Positions 1-12,883 of a stretch of DNA of 52,205 bases are shown one piece after another. The stretch covers positions 285,865-338,069 of the forward strand of contig NC_057759.1 of assembly GCF_004010195.1 (NCBI RefSeq), read 5' to 3'. The notes beneath the pieces were generated by a model. The model did no database searches. It had not been told where the DNA came from and worked only from the letters and a program-made list of their open reading frames with translations. The number at the start of each line of letters is the position of its first letter. The stretch's first letter is position 1. Position numbers and translations under genes: made by a program. Source of the stretch: Chiloscyllium plagiosum (lineage: Eukaryota).

Positions 1-714
1 TCCATTTAGCAAAGTTTATAATGAAAAAAACATCCTGCGAGGAACAAATGCACCGAATAATATCTATTCTAATGTAATGCAATGTAAGATTTCAGGAACT
101 GAAATGTTGGCAGGGACACTGCTGACACTGATTGAGGAGCTGAACAGAGAGTAAAATTCATGTTGTCAGCAGAAAGCAAAAGGCACAGGTCGCAGTACGT
201 CCGTTCCATTTAGTCGTTGAGGTAATCAGAGTAGAATTGACAATGATACACACACTGGCAGATATTCTAAGTAACGTATGAATACTTTGGCTGATACTCA
301 TTGGAGATTTGAAGAAGAATCGGCGAATAGATAATTGAAGAGAGTTTACAGAGTAGATGATGGTAGGATGTCCTTCATTTTCGGAGACTATAGAGCAAGA
401 AACACAAGCAAAAGAGAACATTCCTTAGCTCCCATTATCCTCCAACACAATGCAATTGTCGAGTAGTTCCATTATTTCCAGGAGTAAAACACACTCCCTG
501 TCAGATTGCAGTGCATTTTCTCACTTGACAACAAATGTGATGCCATTTTAAAATGGAAAAGCAAAGAAAACTATAAGCTAAAGATGCAGAATGCCTTTCA
601 ATTAGAATCTCACATTTTAGAGTGAGCTCGGCATTTGATCCCTTCAGAAAATTTCGGTTTGTGTTTCCGATGATATTGCAAATCCTGACAGGTCCACATT
701 GAGTCCCAAACTAA

Positions 715-812
715 CCAATCAGAGAGAAGCTACCGTGTCTACAAAGTAGCCAATAAGCAGCCAGGCATTCCTCAATCCCTCATTAGCATTGATGACGCCG
801 TCAGTCTATATA
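715..812 (+). promoter_or_regulatory. H2B unit 1 promoter
   Basis: CCAAT at 715 and 750, octamer-like ATTAGCAT at 782-789, TGACGCCGTCA at 793-803, TATATA at 807-812; the same order is seen before the other two H2B copies. Confidence 0.8.
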
Positions 813-866
813 GAGCGAGCTCCGAGTCCGCTTTCCCTTATTCTGTATCTGAGAGTGAGCGGCGCT

Positions 867-1160
867 ATGGTTGAGGAAAAGAAGGGTCAAGTTGCCAAGA
901 AGGGCGCGAAGAAAGCGGTGAAGAGGGCGCCAGCGAAGGGCGGCAAGAAGAGGAGGCGGTCCAGGAAAGAAAGTTACGCCATCTACATCTACAAAGTGAT
1001 GAAGCAGGTTCACCCCGACACCGGCATCTCCTCCAAGGCCATGAACATCATGAACTCGTTCGTCAAGACCGCCGTGCGGCTGTTGCTGCCCGGGGAGCTG
1101 GCCAAGCACGCCGTGTCGGAGGGCACAAAGGCGGTGACCAAGTACACCAGCTCCAAGTGA
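867..1160 (+). pseudogene. H2B: Histone H2B with in-frame 84-nt internal deletion (97 aa); probable pseudogene
   Basis: MVEEKK...[65 protein letters not shown]; 28 codons are missing relative to the copy at 28516. Confidence 0.9.
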
Positions 1161-1203
1161 GGGACCGCATTGCACTGAAGCATACACACACCCACAACCC
1201 AAA

Positions 1204-1244
1204 GGCTCTTTTAAGAGCCACTCACAACTTCCCTGAAACAGCTG
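1204..1244 (+). terminator. Histone 3' stem-loop and downstream element (HDE)
   Basis: GGCTCTTTTAAGAGCC at 1204-1219; AAACAGCTG at 1236-1244. Confidence 0.93.
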
Positions 1245-1985
1245 AATCGTTATTTTTATGTTTGATAAAATGTTCGGTCAAGTATTAAGTGATTTCTGAC
1301 CCCGTCCGCACCTTATTCTCGGATACGTTCATGTGTATCCTGTAGTCCCTGCCTGGGGAGAGAGAACATGTTAAACGTCACTGTCATTTTTCAGCTGATT
1401 GTATGTGTCCTTGTTATTCGATCAGTTCTGGAGTTTCATCCCCATCAAACCAAGTGCTCCCCCAGCACCCGCCGGGAAACAAAAAAAAGTTTCCCTTTGA
1501 GTCCGATTTTACTTTATTTATTTTTAATTTCCAAATCTCCGCACGGGTATTGTCCGGGAACAGCCTTGCCAAATGCACCGAAATAAAACTAGAACAGCTG
1601 CAGAAGTGGCAGAGCAAATGTGGAGGTTTTTTTTATCGATCTATGATCGTGTGCAATAGGGAGGGTAACTTTAAAATATTCTCGAACGATCGTGTTCACT
1701 ATTAATGCGCTTGTTCGGGAGAACGTAATCTCATGTTGTATCATGCTGTTGAAATGTGAAGTAAATGATTAGTTGCAGAGTGCAGGGTTTGGCGCCTTTT
1801 TTGGGGGTCCGCTTATGTTTAGCGTTTGGAAAATCCCAATTCAAGTTCAGAAATGGACAGGTTCCAGTAGGCTAGGGAATGAGGTCAAGAGTTAATGTAA
1901 AGGGCCCACTTTTCATGTAGAAGTAAATTATCTTCAGTATTCGTGCATTCTTCTGTGTTTAAACTTCCTACTTTTCGGTACATAT

Positions 1986-2618
<633 letters not shown>

Positions 2619-2646
2619 AGAGTATTCTTGAATCTGTCAACCCAAA

Positions 2647-2688
2647 GGCTCTTTTAAGAGCCACTCACAGCATCTGTGAAAGGAGCTG
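2647..2688 (+). terminator. Histone 3' stem-loop and HDE
   Basis: GGCTCTTTTAAGAGCC at 2647-2662; GAAAGGAGCTG at 2678-2688. Confidence 0.95.
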
Positions 2689-3271
2689 AACACTCCCGTC
2701 TGTCGGATTGAATTACCTTCCTTTAATTGATATCGGTTTCAGTCCCTGCCTTATTCGATACTGTACTGTCATTGTGTGTGTGATCTGATATGAAACCTTT
2801 CCTCATAGCCGTTTACCGTTTGAGCCGTAGCATAAGGACCGTGAAATGTTTATCATGGAATATTGATACAACGCAATCTTAACAGCGCTCGGAGTACATT
2901 ATTTTTATTCCTTGTAGATGTGTGTGGTCCCGTTTCTTTAATTATTATCTTATAAATGAATCACTCTGTCCCTGTACTACCCGCTCACAGGCAGTTTCAC
3001 GTTATCTTGAACAGCATTTGGGAAGAGCTGAATTGCTCCAGTGCCGTGCGCAAGTTTATAATGAGTGGTCGCTGACCCTCGGTGTTTTATTCTCGGATGA
3101 GTTCCTGTGTAGGGTCCTTTCCCTGGCCATGGACAGGGAGCATAATGGAGGCAACAGTAATTTTTCAGCTGCTTCCAGTTGGTCAAGTTGCTGTTTAATA
3201 CTGGACCAGTTCGGGAGCTACCCGCCCCTGTGGGGTATGACCCTGATTTTGATCTCTGGCAAGCAGAAGTG

Positions 3272-3409
3272 AGTCAACATTAGAGTGGTATTGGAAAAGC
3301 GCAGCAGGAAAAGCTTTTGCCCAAAACATCGATTTTCCTGCTTCTCGTATGCTGCCTGAACTGCTGTACTTTTCAAGCACCACTCTAATCTCCAGCATCT
3401 GCAATACCC
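3272..3409. mobile_element. Short Penelope-like terminal-repeat (pLTR) insertion, family A, with inverted arm
   Basis: Matches the family at 7798 and 17249; internal inversion; flanked by ATCTCTG(G/C)CAA(G/A)CAGAAGTG at 3252-3271 and 3410-3429. Confidence 0.7.
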
Positions 3410-3569
3410 ATCTCTGCCAAACAGAAGTGCCCTATCTTTGAATTCCACCGATTCATTTTACACCGAGACTGTTGTTTGATTGCACAGTGCTCTGAATGAG
3501 ACTTTCTGCTGTCGTTTAGAAGCTTTCAAAATGAACTGAGATCAAACCAGAACAGTTGCTTCACTGCAA

Positions 3570-5320
3570 GGGTCAGTCAAATAGCACAGAAACAGATCCT
3601 ACTGTCCAACCAGTCCATACCCAATATAATCTCAAACTAGACAAGTCCCACCTGCCTGTTCTTGGCCCATAACCCTCCAAAATCTGAACAATGATGTACT
3701 TATCCAAATATCTTTTCAACATTGTGACTGTGTCCATATGCATCACCCCATTTCAAAGTTAATTCCACACAATCTGTACTGTTTTAAAATCTTTTTCCTT
3801 TTAACTTAAAAATGTGTCTCATTGTCTTGCAGTCTCTTACCATAGAAAAAGATACCTACCATTCCCCTTACCTTTAGCCGTCATGATCTTAGGCTCCAGA
3901 GAACAGAAGTCCCAGCCTATTCTTACAACGGAATCTTCTAGTAAATCCTTTCTGAACTCTTTCCAGCTCAATAGTATACTCAAAGTTTGTGAGAAGAATT
4001 GTAGCTCGAGTGCTCGTTGTTGTGGTTCAGTTCACCGAGCTGGGAATTTGTGTTGCAAAACGTCTGCAACACAAATTCGCAGCTCGGCAAACAGAACCAC
4101 ATCAATAGTATACTTTTGATAACAGGGTGACCAGAACTTGATACAGTAATTCAGAAGAGGACTCATCAACACCTATGCAACCTCAATATGACCTTCCAAC
4201 TCCTGTACTCAAAAAGGTCTGAGCAATGAAGGCAAGCACGCTAGATGTTTTCTTCACCACATTGACTACATGTGAAGCAAACTTCAAAAATATGCGCTGG
4301 CCAACTAGGTCTCTCTGTTCAATGGCACTACCCAAGGCCCTTCTTGTAATTGTATAAGTCCTACCCTTGTTTGTTTTATAAATATGCAATGCCTCAATAA
4401 CTCCATCTGCCATTCCTTACACCATTGACTGATTTAATCAAGATTTGTTTCTAATCTGAGATAGCCTTCACTGTCCACTATACCACCAATTTTGATGACA
4501 TCTGCAAAATTACTAACCATGCCTTCTGTTTGATGACATCTGCAAAATTACTAACCATGCCTTCTGTATTCTCATTTAAATCATTTACATAAAAAACAAA
4601 CAAAAGTGGACCCAGCACCGATTGGGGTGGAACATCATTGGTAACTTGCATCCAGTCTAATAAGCAATTGTCCACCTCCTCTCCATCTCCTGCTGTTATG
4701 CCAATTTTATATTCAGTTGGCACACTCAACCTGAATCCCAAGTAATCTAACCTTGCTATTTAGTCTACCACGCAGAATCTTGTAAAAGGCTTTACCAAAC
4801 TTCAAGTCAATAATGTTTACCACAGTGCCCTCAATCTTCTTGGATACTCCCTCAAAAATCTCAATCAACTTTGGGCAATATAATTTCCTTCTACAAAACA
4901 ATTCTGACAATTCCTAATTATTCCTTGCCCTCTCCTACCACTCCTCCCCAAACTGTACGTTTGAATCTTATCTTTCAGAATCACCACCAACAATGTACCC
5001 ATCACACAAGTCAGACTCAAGGTCTATACTTCCCAGGCTTCTCCTTACATCCCTTCTTAAAATAATGGCAAAATATTACCCAATATCTGATCATCCAGCA
5101 CCTCACCATAGTTACAGATGATACAAATATTTCTACAAGGGGCACCACAATGTCCTGGGATTATCCAACTTTGTGTTCAAAGACCTCCAGCATTTCCTCT
5201 TCTGTAATGTGAACTCTTTTCAAAACATCAATATTCATTTCCTTGTGTTTGCCTGCTGCCCAGTAAAAAAAAATGTGAAAATTCATTTTTTTGCCTCTCG
5301 CATCTTCTGAAATTCAAACA
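3570..5320 (-). mobile_element. Decayed CR1/HER1 LINE (RT to 3' end)
   Basis: Minus-strand fragments VPPQSVLGPLLFVFYVNDL, NFAD, FGKAFYKI, EQRDL; contains a 38-bp tandem duplication at 4492-4567. Confidence 0.8.
3981..4101. mobile_element. Short Penelope-like pLTR insertion, family C, hairpin-shaped
   Basis: Inverted arms 4022-4057 and 4065-4100 around AAACGTC; exact 13-bp duplication TCAATAGTATACT at 3968-3980 and 4102-4114; same sequence as the ends of 45428-46024. Confidence 0.78.
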
Positions 5321-5324
5321 GAAC

Positions 5325-6147
5325 TGCAGAGGTGAACTGGATCTGCTGGTAACAAAATGGCCCATGTCTACTCACCCAAAATGGCTGACAAATGTCTCCC
5401 TTAGTACATTGTCATGAATGGCTGTGAGTAATCTATTTTGTACAGGGCAAATGAGGGTACGTCTGAAAACTGACTAACTTTCACACAAAGGCATAAGTGT
5501 TTTGGTTCCATGTATCTACGCTGGAAGTCTTTGAAAACAGACCTAAGCCGAACTAACCAGAACAGAAAGCATTCTTACAAGTCTTAAAGCAACTAGTTAA
5601 AACTAAATGTCTTTGGTATTTTTAACACAAATAGGACAATGGGAAATATGAGGAAAAACAGAATTTCATAAAGAAAGCACATGAGATACAATGAATAACA
5701 GAATTCAAACTGACTCACAGATAAGGCCAACCTGAGAGGCCTGAAGGAGCCAAACAATTAACTTTGGAATGTGAATGAAGAGGATGCATAGAAAGATGGC
5801 AAGGATGAGTGATTAAAGTGTCTGTTCAATGCCATGAGGACATGGGAAGCTGAGGTCTGTTAAAGGAATGCCTGTCATTGATTTGGTGTCTTATACGATT
5901 GGGTTTACGAAGTATGAGGGAGGATCAAAGTGATCAAGTTGTATGCGATTGTTATCAGCAAATTTATAAAAATACTGCTTTATGTCATTAATTCAGAGTA
6001 TGTCATGATCTCCCTTTCAGGGCTGGCCTCTGGAGAGAATCCTTTGCCCCTGCTTTTACTGGGTTTTGCATGAATAAACCTCCACTTGCCTGAGTTCTGC
6101 CTGTCTGCTGAGTTTGCATTCCCTTTCAGTGGGAAAAGGCTCCAACA
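5325..6147 (+). mobile_element. Putative solo LTR
   Basis: TG...CA ends, TATA-like TTATAAAA near 5964, AATAAA near 6073; colinear similarity to 21833-22835; interrupts LINE-like sequence. Confidence 0.55.
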
Positions 6148-6567
6148 ACAACAACAACTACCTCTTTGATCTTTAAGGTGCCCTACTCTCTTTCTCTCCC
6201 TCATTGTTAACTTGCTTTGAATGATCTTGTAGAATCTCATTGAATTATGCTTAACCTTATCTGCCAAGACTATCTGGTATCCCCCTCTTTAATTTCCTAA
6301 TCTCCCTCTCAAGAATGCCCTTACTATTTGCATAATGTTCAAGAGATGCTTTCACCCCAGTTGTCTATGTCTAATATATGATTTATTTGTATTTGCAAAT
6401 AAAACATTGACTTTGCTGCTCCTCTGATGCTGTGCTTTTCCAGTTTCATTTTTATCAACTTTGACTGTCCTTACTAAGAACCTTACATTTATCCACAATA
6501 TATTGCTTTTGCCCATTGACTTCTCCTCAACATAATCACAATGCATCTTCTTTCACAGCTCACCATA

Positions 6568-6813
6568 GGGTGGCATGGTGGCTCACAGCACTAGGGTCCC
6601 AGGTTCAATTCTAGCCTTGGGCAACTATCTGTGCTCTGGTTTCCTCCCACATTCCAAAGATGTGCAGGTCAGGTGAGTTGGCCATGGTAAATTGCCCATA
6701 GTGTTAGATGCATTAATCAGAGGGAAACGGCTCTGGGTAGGTTACTCTTCAGAGGGTCAGTGTGGATTAGTTGGGCTGAAGGGCCTGTTTCCACGTTGTA
6801 GGGAATCTAATCT
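6568..6813 (+). mobile_element. HE1/V-SINE (internally deleted)
   Basis: tRNA-like head GGGTGGCATGGTGGC...GGTTCAATTC, partial V-domain, tail GAAGGGCCTGTTTCC...(AATCT)n. Confidence 0.8.
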
Positions 6814-7797
6814 AAAAAAACAGTTTTATGTCATCTGTCAATCTGGAGATATTATATTTAGTTTCCTCTTCTAAATCATTGTGACTATATTGTGAAATGT
6901 AGGATTCTAATAATGATTCTTGCCATGACTCCTCGTCACTGCTTGCCATCGAAAAAATGATCCATTTATTCCCTCTACATGTTTTTTTTCAGCCAACCAG
7001 TTTTTTTTAAAATCCATCTCAGCACCATGTTCTTTATTCTATTTTTTGTGGGATTTTGTAAAAGGAAACATCCGAATGACGCCATCTGCTTATCACCTCT
7101 ATCCCAGCAGATTTGCCAAGCTGAGAACATAGAACATTGTGATACAGGAACAGGCCCTTCAAATCCATGCTGACTTTGTTTGGTCCCAATCTTTTTTTTC
7201 TGCAGATACTCTGCAAGTAATTTTTTCCGACAGGCTGAGTGGCCTATAATACCCAGATTATCTCTAACTTGCTTTTCAAATAGATTGGTTACATTAGCTA
7301 ATTAACAATCTGTGGAAAATATTGCAATGTCTATGGAATCTTGGAACATGACCATTCACTATTTCTGTGACTACTATGTTAAGTACTCTGGGATGTGAAT
7401 GACCAGGCCCTGCTGTTTCCCAGCTTCAATCCTATCCATTGACCCAACACAATTTTCCAAACAATATTGATGAGTTTCAGTTTTTCCCTCTCACTGAACT
7501 CTGTGTTCCCCAACATTCCTGGTGTATCATTTGTGTTGTCCTTTGTGATCAGAGAACAACAGTTACATATTTGGATGGATAGCCATTTTTGCTCCCAAAT
7601 ATAGACTTCCTCCTTTTGATCGTAAGAGACCTATCTTTGTGTTCACCAACCCCTGTTTTCTTCCATTTCCCCTTTACACATTTATCAATACTTTAAGTTA
7701 GTTTCTTTTTCAAAACATCTGCAAGCTTGCTCCAGTCCTCATTTTCTCTTTCTTAATCAATGCCCTTTATCTCATTGTTTGCTGAATTCTAAATTGT

Positions 7798-8283
7798 GGC
7801 GAAAGTGAGGACTGCAGATGGTGGAGATCAGAGTCAAGATTGGTGTGGTATTGGAAAAGCACAGCAGGTCAGGCAGCATCCGGGGAGCAGGAAAATTGAT
7901 GTTTCGGGCAAAGGCCTTTCATCAGGAATGAGGCTGGAAACCTCCAGCGTGGAGAGAAAAATGGGAGTGGGGTGGGGCTGGGGAGAAGGTAGCTAAGAGT
8001 GTAATAGGTGGATGGAGGTGGAGTCAGAGAGGATTGTGGAGCAAAAAGATGTGAAGGAAGATTGGCAGGTAGGACAGGTCATGGGGATGCTGCTGAGCTG
8101 GCAGATTGGAACTGGTGTAAGGTGGGGGGAGGGGAATAAGGAAGCTGGTGAAGTCCACAAAGTTGATTCTAAACTTACTGCGAATCCTCTTGTAAGGATG
8201 CTACCTTGAAGAAATTCTCCTCCTCTTTCGACAAATATCTCAGTGAGGTTCTCTTTTACTGCAACCCCTAGGTCATCTCTGCT
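7798..8283. mobile_element. Penelope-like fragment, family A (pLTR plus a second piece)
   Basis: Degenerate minus-strand hammerhead at about 7895-7930; exact 16-bp duplication CTGAATTCTAAATTGT at 7782-7797 and 8284-8299. Confidence 0.75.
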
Positions 8284-8519
8284 CTGAATTCTAAATTGTT
8301 CCCAGGCTTTATGTTTGTCTGTTTATTTTCTTCCCAAGTTGTATGCCTATTCTTGGGATCAAATATTATCTCACAGAGCCCTAAAGTTTTGTTAAGTTTA
8401 CAAAAGTAATACTAAAGCTTTGTAAATTGTAAAACTTTCCAAATTCAGGGCAGCCTCCATCAGAAAAGTTAAATGCAGTTGATGTTGGGAGGCATCAACT
8501 TGATAGAGGGCAAGTTTCT

Positions 8520-8725
8520 CTCTAACCGCACACCATAATCACTTGGAAATATATCCCCTTTCCTTCACTGTCGCTTGATCAAGACCCTGGAATTCCCTGT
8601 TCATGGCATTGTAGGCAGGACATGGACAACAGGTGTTACAGAAGGTGGCTCACCACCGCCTGCTCAAAGGGGAATAAATGCGAAGCTCAGCCAGCGATGT
8701 CCACGTCCCCAGAGTGAATAAACAG
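8520..8725 (+). mobile_element. 3' end of a CR1/L2-group LINE
   Basis: TGGAATTCCCTG...GCTCACCACC...AATAAATGC...GCCAGCGATG tail; same tail is inverted at 13780-13835. Confidence 0.55.
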
Positions 8726-9376
8726 AAACATCTGGGGTCTCTCGTTGTGGCATACAATACATCACAAGGTTTCTGTCTGCAGCATACCTGACACGAACAT
8801 CTGTTGTCCGCTATACACTCAATCGAGGCCCAGAGACGTTATTGCACACCCCTGCTCCAGGTCTGATTTTTGCACACGCCTCCTGAACCAGAAACAGGGA
8901 CTAACACTGTGATGCAAGACTCTCTCCAACAGTTACATTCTGCCTTAGTAAGAGTGATCCACTTATTTCATTTGTGTTACTATTTTCCACTTATGTTACT
9001 TTCGTAAAGGAATTAATATTTGTGTATGAGTTACACCAGGATTACATACCACAGTTAAAATAAGATCAGACGTGATGTTATTGAATGGTGGGCACAGTGG
9101 ATGGGCCGAGTGGCCGCCAGCTTCACCGCCCCCTGATCAGATTGTGAGAGAGCCGGAGGGAGGAGTTATTAACATAACCCGGGGATGAGCGACATTGGAG
9201 CTTCATAAAGAGACAATGTCCCAACTTGAAACGTTCTCTGCCCTTTCCCCCACAGCCTCAGTTCCTTTGGTCAAATTGAGAGAAAAGGGATTTGGGGAAA
9301 TGACCAATTGATGTTTGTTTCTGGGAATCAGTGGGAAAAGCAGCGCATGCGCGATGCAGTCCTTCCCCAATGCTGA

Positions 9377-9742
9377 TTGTTAGCTCACTTTTTAGATTAG
9401 AATCAATCTAAACATCATGGCATAGACAGAGGACACAGGGGGCTAACACCTTCACCATATTGTCTAGCTATCACCATTGTTACAGCTAACCTGAGAATGC
9501 AACGTTTTAAAAAAAGGTTTTGTGATTTACACATGAAAGAAGTGAAACTATCACTGTATTCTAACAGATGAAAGGCTTAACAGACAATCAATTTTTCAAT
9601 GTATAATTTCAGTTACATCACACTGTAAATTTTTGCTATAAATTCTGTGTTAGGATTGAGCCCTCCACTACCACCTGATGAAGGAGCGACGCTCCGAAAG
9701 CGAGTGTGATTCCAATTCAACCTGTTGTGTGATTTTTAACAT
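9377..9742 (+). mobile_element. Penelope-like pLTR, family B
   Basis: Near-identical to the 3' end (about 35290-35648) of the long Penelope-like element. Confidence 0.85.
9671..9706 (+). ncRNA. Minimal type I hammerhead ribozyme motif, cleavage triplet mutated
   Basis: CAC-CTGATGA-A-GGAGC(GAC)GCTCC-GAAA-GCGA-GTG; sister copies have GCTA in place of GCGA. Confidence 0.75.
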
Positions 9743-9775
9743 TTCTCCCCAAAGCTGACTATTCCTGAGCAGAGG

Positions 9776-9978
9776 AGCGCATGCGTGAGGCCCTCCCCCA
9801 GCGCTGCCATTGAGGAGCATTTACTCAGTGAGTGCAAGAGGTTTGTTTGAAACAGACCGCAATGGAGAGATCAGCGCCCAGGGAAGCGAGGGAACAGCAG
9901 GCTCCTTCCAGCAGCACATCGGGATGGGAGCCTGGGACACAGAGGGGGCTCCGAGACCGGGATTGATTCGGGGTGAGT
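9776..9978 (+). promoter_or_regulatory. GC-rich putative promoter and first exon with NRF1-like motif and splice donor
   Basis: GCGCATGCGT near 9777 (and GCGCATGCGC at 9343), CpG-rich, G|GTGAGT at 9973; duplicated at 35683-35885. Confidence 0.5.
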
Positions 9979-10170
9979 TCAGGGAGAACCGGGGGCTGTT
10001 TGTAAGAGGCCGAGCGGAGCAGGAACTGGTCCCGGAACTTGGAGTGAGCGGGCTGGGGGGAAGAGAGAGGCCTTTCTCGGGCTGAGTGTGGGCCTGCTGA
10101 GGGAGGCAGAGCGGGAAGAAGCTGCTGAGGGACATTGTTGTGGTTTGCAATCCTCTGAACCCTGTTTTAA

Positions 10171-10595
10171 NNNNNNNNNNNNNNNNNNNNNNNNNNNNNN
10201 NNNNNNNNNNNNNNNNNNNNNNNNNNNNNNNNNNNNNNNNNNNNNNNNNNNNNNNNNNNNNNNNNNNNNNNNNNNNNNNNNNNNNNNNNNNNNNNNNNNN
10301 NNNNNNNNNNNNNNNNNNNNNNNNNNNNNNNNNNNNNNNNNNNNNNNNNNNNNNNNNNNNNNNNNNNNNNNNNNNNNNNNNNNNNNNNNNNNNNNNNNNN
10401 NNNNNNNNNNNNNNNNNNNNNNNNNNNNNNNNNNNNNNNNNNNNNNNNNNNNNNNNNNNNNNNNNNNNNNNNNNNNNNNNNNNNNNNNNNNNNNNNNNNN
10501 NNNNNNNNNNNNNNNNNNNNNNNNNNNNNNNNNNNNNNNNNNNNNNNNNNNNNNNNNNNNNNNNNNNNNNNNNNNNNNNNNNNNNNNNNNNNNNN
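10171..10595. other. Assembly gap
   Basis: N run. Confidence 1.
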
Positions 10596-12152
10596 AGCTC
10601 AGTTCCAATAAATTCCATTATGCATAGCCAGTTATCATTTGCAACATCAGAAGAGGGATAGACTGTAACCTCATGAAATATACATTCAGGAATTACATTA
10701 ATCCACATGTAGTAAAGGCAATTTTAAAGTTACAATCAAGGTGAACAAACAAGTCATGCTGTTACATTGTTACAACAAGGATATATGAAGAAGATATTGA
10801 GTGCAGATGCAGTAAGAAACTTTGATATTTTCAGTAACTGAGAAAGTCAAAATTACATTTTTGATAAATCACTGTCCTGGAAAAGACACAACAATTAAAC
10901 TATATAAATTCCAGATGAATCCCTGGGCCAAAGCCTGATGTCGAGGGAGTGCTCATCGCGTGTGTACACACCCACAACCACCATCTCCATCCCACCCCCA
11001 CATGTGTGCTTGCACGCGCACACACCATTCTATCTCCCACAGAGCTACTGACTGACTAACAATAGTTGCAAATTCCTAAACCATCCTGAAATACACATTA
11101 CAACATCTAACAGTGATGAAGATCCATGTATACCACAACTAGCAGAAAACATTTTATCAAACTGATTTCTATTCAGATCTCTAGTCAAAGAGATCTACAG
11201 CACAGAATATGTCTGTTCAAATTGTTAAGTCTGCACTAATCAAAAACAGTCTATAACAACACAGCTGATTGAAAGGGATTAGAATTGTTGACTCAATGAG
11301 TATTCCGTTTCCATAGATTTTTCATGGCAGCAGAGAAGTTGTCATCCCCATCTGTGTCATAACGCCATTCTCCATTTAATCATTTTGTAGGATTTCTTTT
11401 CAGTCCAGAAAGAGAGTTTGTCTTATTATTCTGTGTGTCCTTCAAAATTTGTTTCAAGAAATCTATGAAGAACCCTGCATTCATCTTGACTATCTCTTCA
11501 TTAACCTACAAAAAAAAATCAGGATAAAGTTTTGCCAAGGAGTCAGTGGAATCAGATCATTACTATTTACAATAGTGCAGAAAGAAAGAAAAAGCTAAAA
11601 TTGATAAGTTTGTCAAGCTGCTCCTTTATTTTCACCACCAAGAGTTGACTGTTCAATAAATTGAACTTGACTGTTTAAATATTCTTCACTGCCAATTGAA
11701 AATAAAAGACCTTTTGTTTTCCCCCACCCTACCAGAGAGCAATGCAAGAATACTGCTAATGGCTTGCACCAGATCCTGTCCAGATTGGTAAATAAAATCG
11801 AATTGACCAATTCTCTTTTCTGCACAAGAAGCATTGTCTTCAGTCAGCTGCAATGCAGTTGAAGTATTCACTTAGTTGCAAATTGATTCGGTTAATACTG
11901 ATCACTAATTTATTGGTAAAGTATGTCACAATGCAAACATTGATAGCATCCTGAAAACCAGACCTTGATATCCCCACTGTTCCTGGTTAGACTCTGCACT
12001 ATAGGAATTACAAAAGACTATAGTTTTTCTCCCCTTGATTCTGAAAAAAAGCACAGATGCTTTTCTGCTGTAAGGTGTTGCATGTTCACCTATCCATGGA
12101 TCCTAAGGGCTCTAAAACTAAAGCACATAGGCTCTGGACATTATCCGACTAC

Positions 12153-12362
12153 GTATGGAATGAGCAGCCAGAGGAAGTGGTGGAGGCTTGTACAATTGCA
12201 ACAAATAAGAGGCATTTGGATGGGTATATGAATAGGAAGGGTTTGGAGGGATATGGGCCGGGTGCTGGCAGGTGGGACTAGATTGGGTTGGGATATCTGG
12301 TCGGCATGGACAGGTTGGACCGAAGAGTCTGTTTCCATGCTGTATATCTCTATGACTCTATG
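12153..12362 (+). mobile_element. CR1/HER1 LINE 3' end
   Basis: VWNEQPEEVVEA...HLDGYMNRKGLEGYGP followed by a (CTATGA)-type tail. Confidence 0.85.
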
Positions 12363-12591
12363 CACGAGGCCAAATATTAGCAGATATAGATTTTCACTGA
12401 TGGGAGCTGACTCCAGTGGCAATGGATAAAACCTCATTCATGTCAGGTAGCAGAAATTTAAAGAATTAATTGTGCTTGCAGTTACCAAAAGTGACATGTT
12501 TCAATTGAGACGACACTGAACCACTGTGAAATACAATAACCAAGAATAAGGACCACATTGGTATCAAGTATCAGAGATACTGATAGATTGT

Positions 12592-12883
12592 GGGTGGCAC
12601 GGTGGTTAGCACTGCTGCCTCACAGCGCCAGAGACCTGGGTTCAATTCCTGCCTCAGGCAACTGTCTGTGTGGAGTTTGCACATTCTCCCCGTGTCTGCG
12701 TGGGTTTCCTCCGGGTGCTCCGGTTTCCTCCCACAATCCAAAAATGTGAATTGGCCATGCTAAATTGCCCGTAGCCTTAGGTGAAGGGGTAAATGTAGGA
12801 GAACGGGTCTGGGTGGGTAACGCTTCGGCGGGTCGATGTGGGCCGAAGGGCCTGTTTCCACACTGTAAGTAATCTAATCTAAT
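12592..12883 (+). mobile_element. HE1/V-SINE
   Basis: A/B box head, V-domain GTGGAGTTTGCACATTCTCCCCGTGTCTGCGTGGGTTTCCTCCGGGTGCTCCGGTTTCCTCCCAC, (AATCT)n tail. Confidence 0.92.

Noticed and set aside
789-866. N-terminal extensions of histone ORFs in the ORF track (789, 2211, 29910, 32395, 44623)
   Set aside because: Most use TTG/GTG starts, and 789 and 29910 lie at or before the expected transcription start; the conserved ATGs are 867, 2229, 29961, 32392 and 44605
1061-1070. H2B deletion as a spliced-out cryptic intron in a retrocopy
   Set aside because: Removing GTCAAC...CCAG would give TTC-ACC, but the junction keeps GTCAAG; the promoter and HDE are also present
9821-10708. Long ORFs crossing N runs (also 37973-38541, 39098-39658, 48058-48618)
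   Set aside because: Artefacts of assembly gaps
12592-12660. tRNA gene
   Set aside because: The A/B boxes belong to tRNA-derived SINE heads and are followed by the V-domain; no complete cloverleaf
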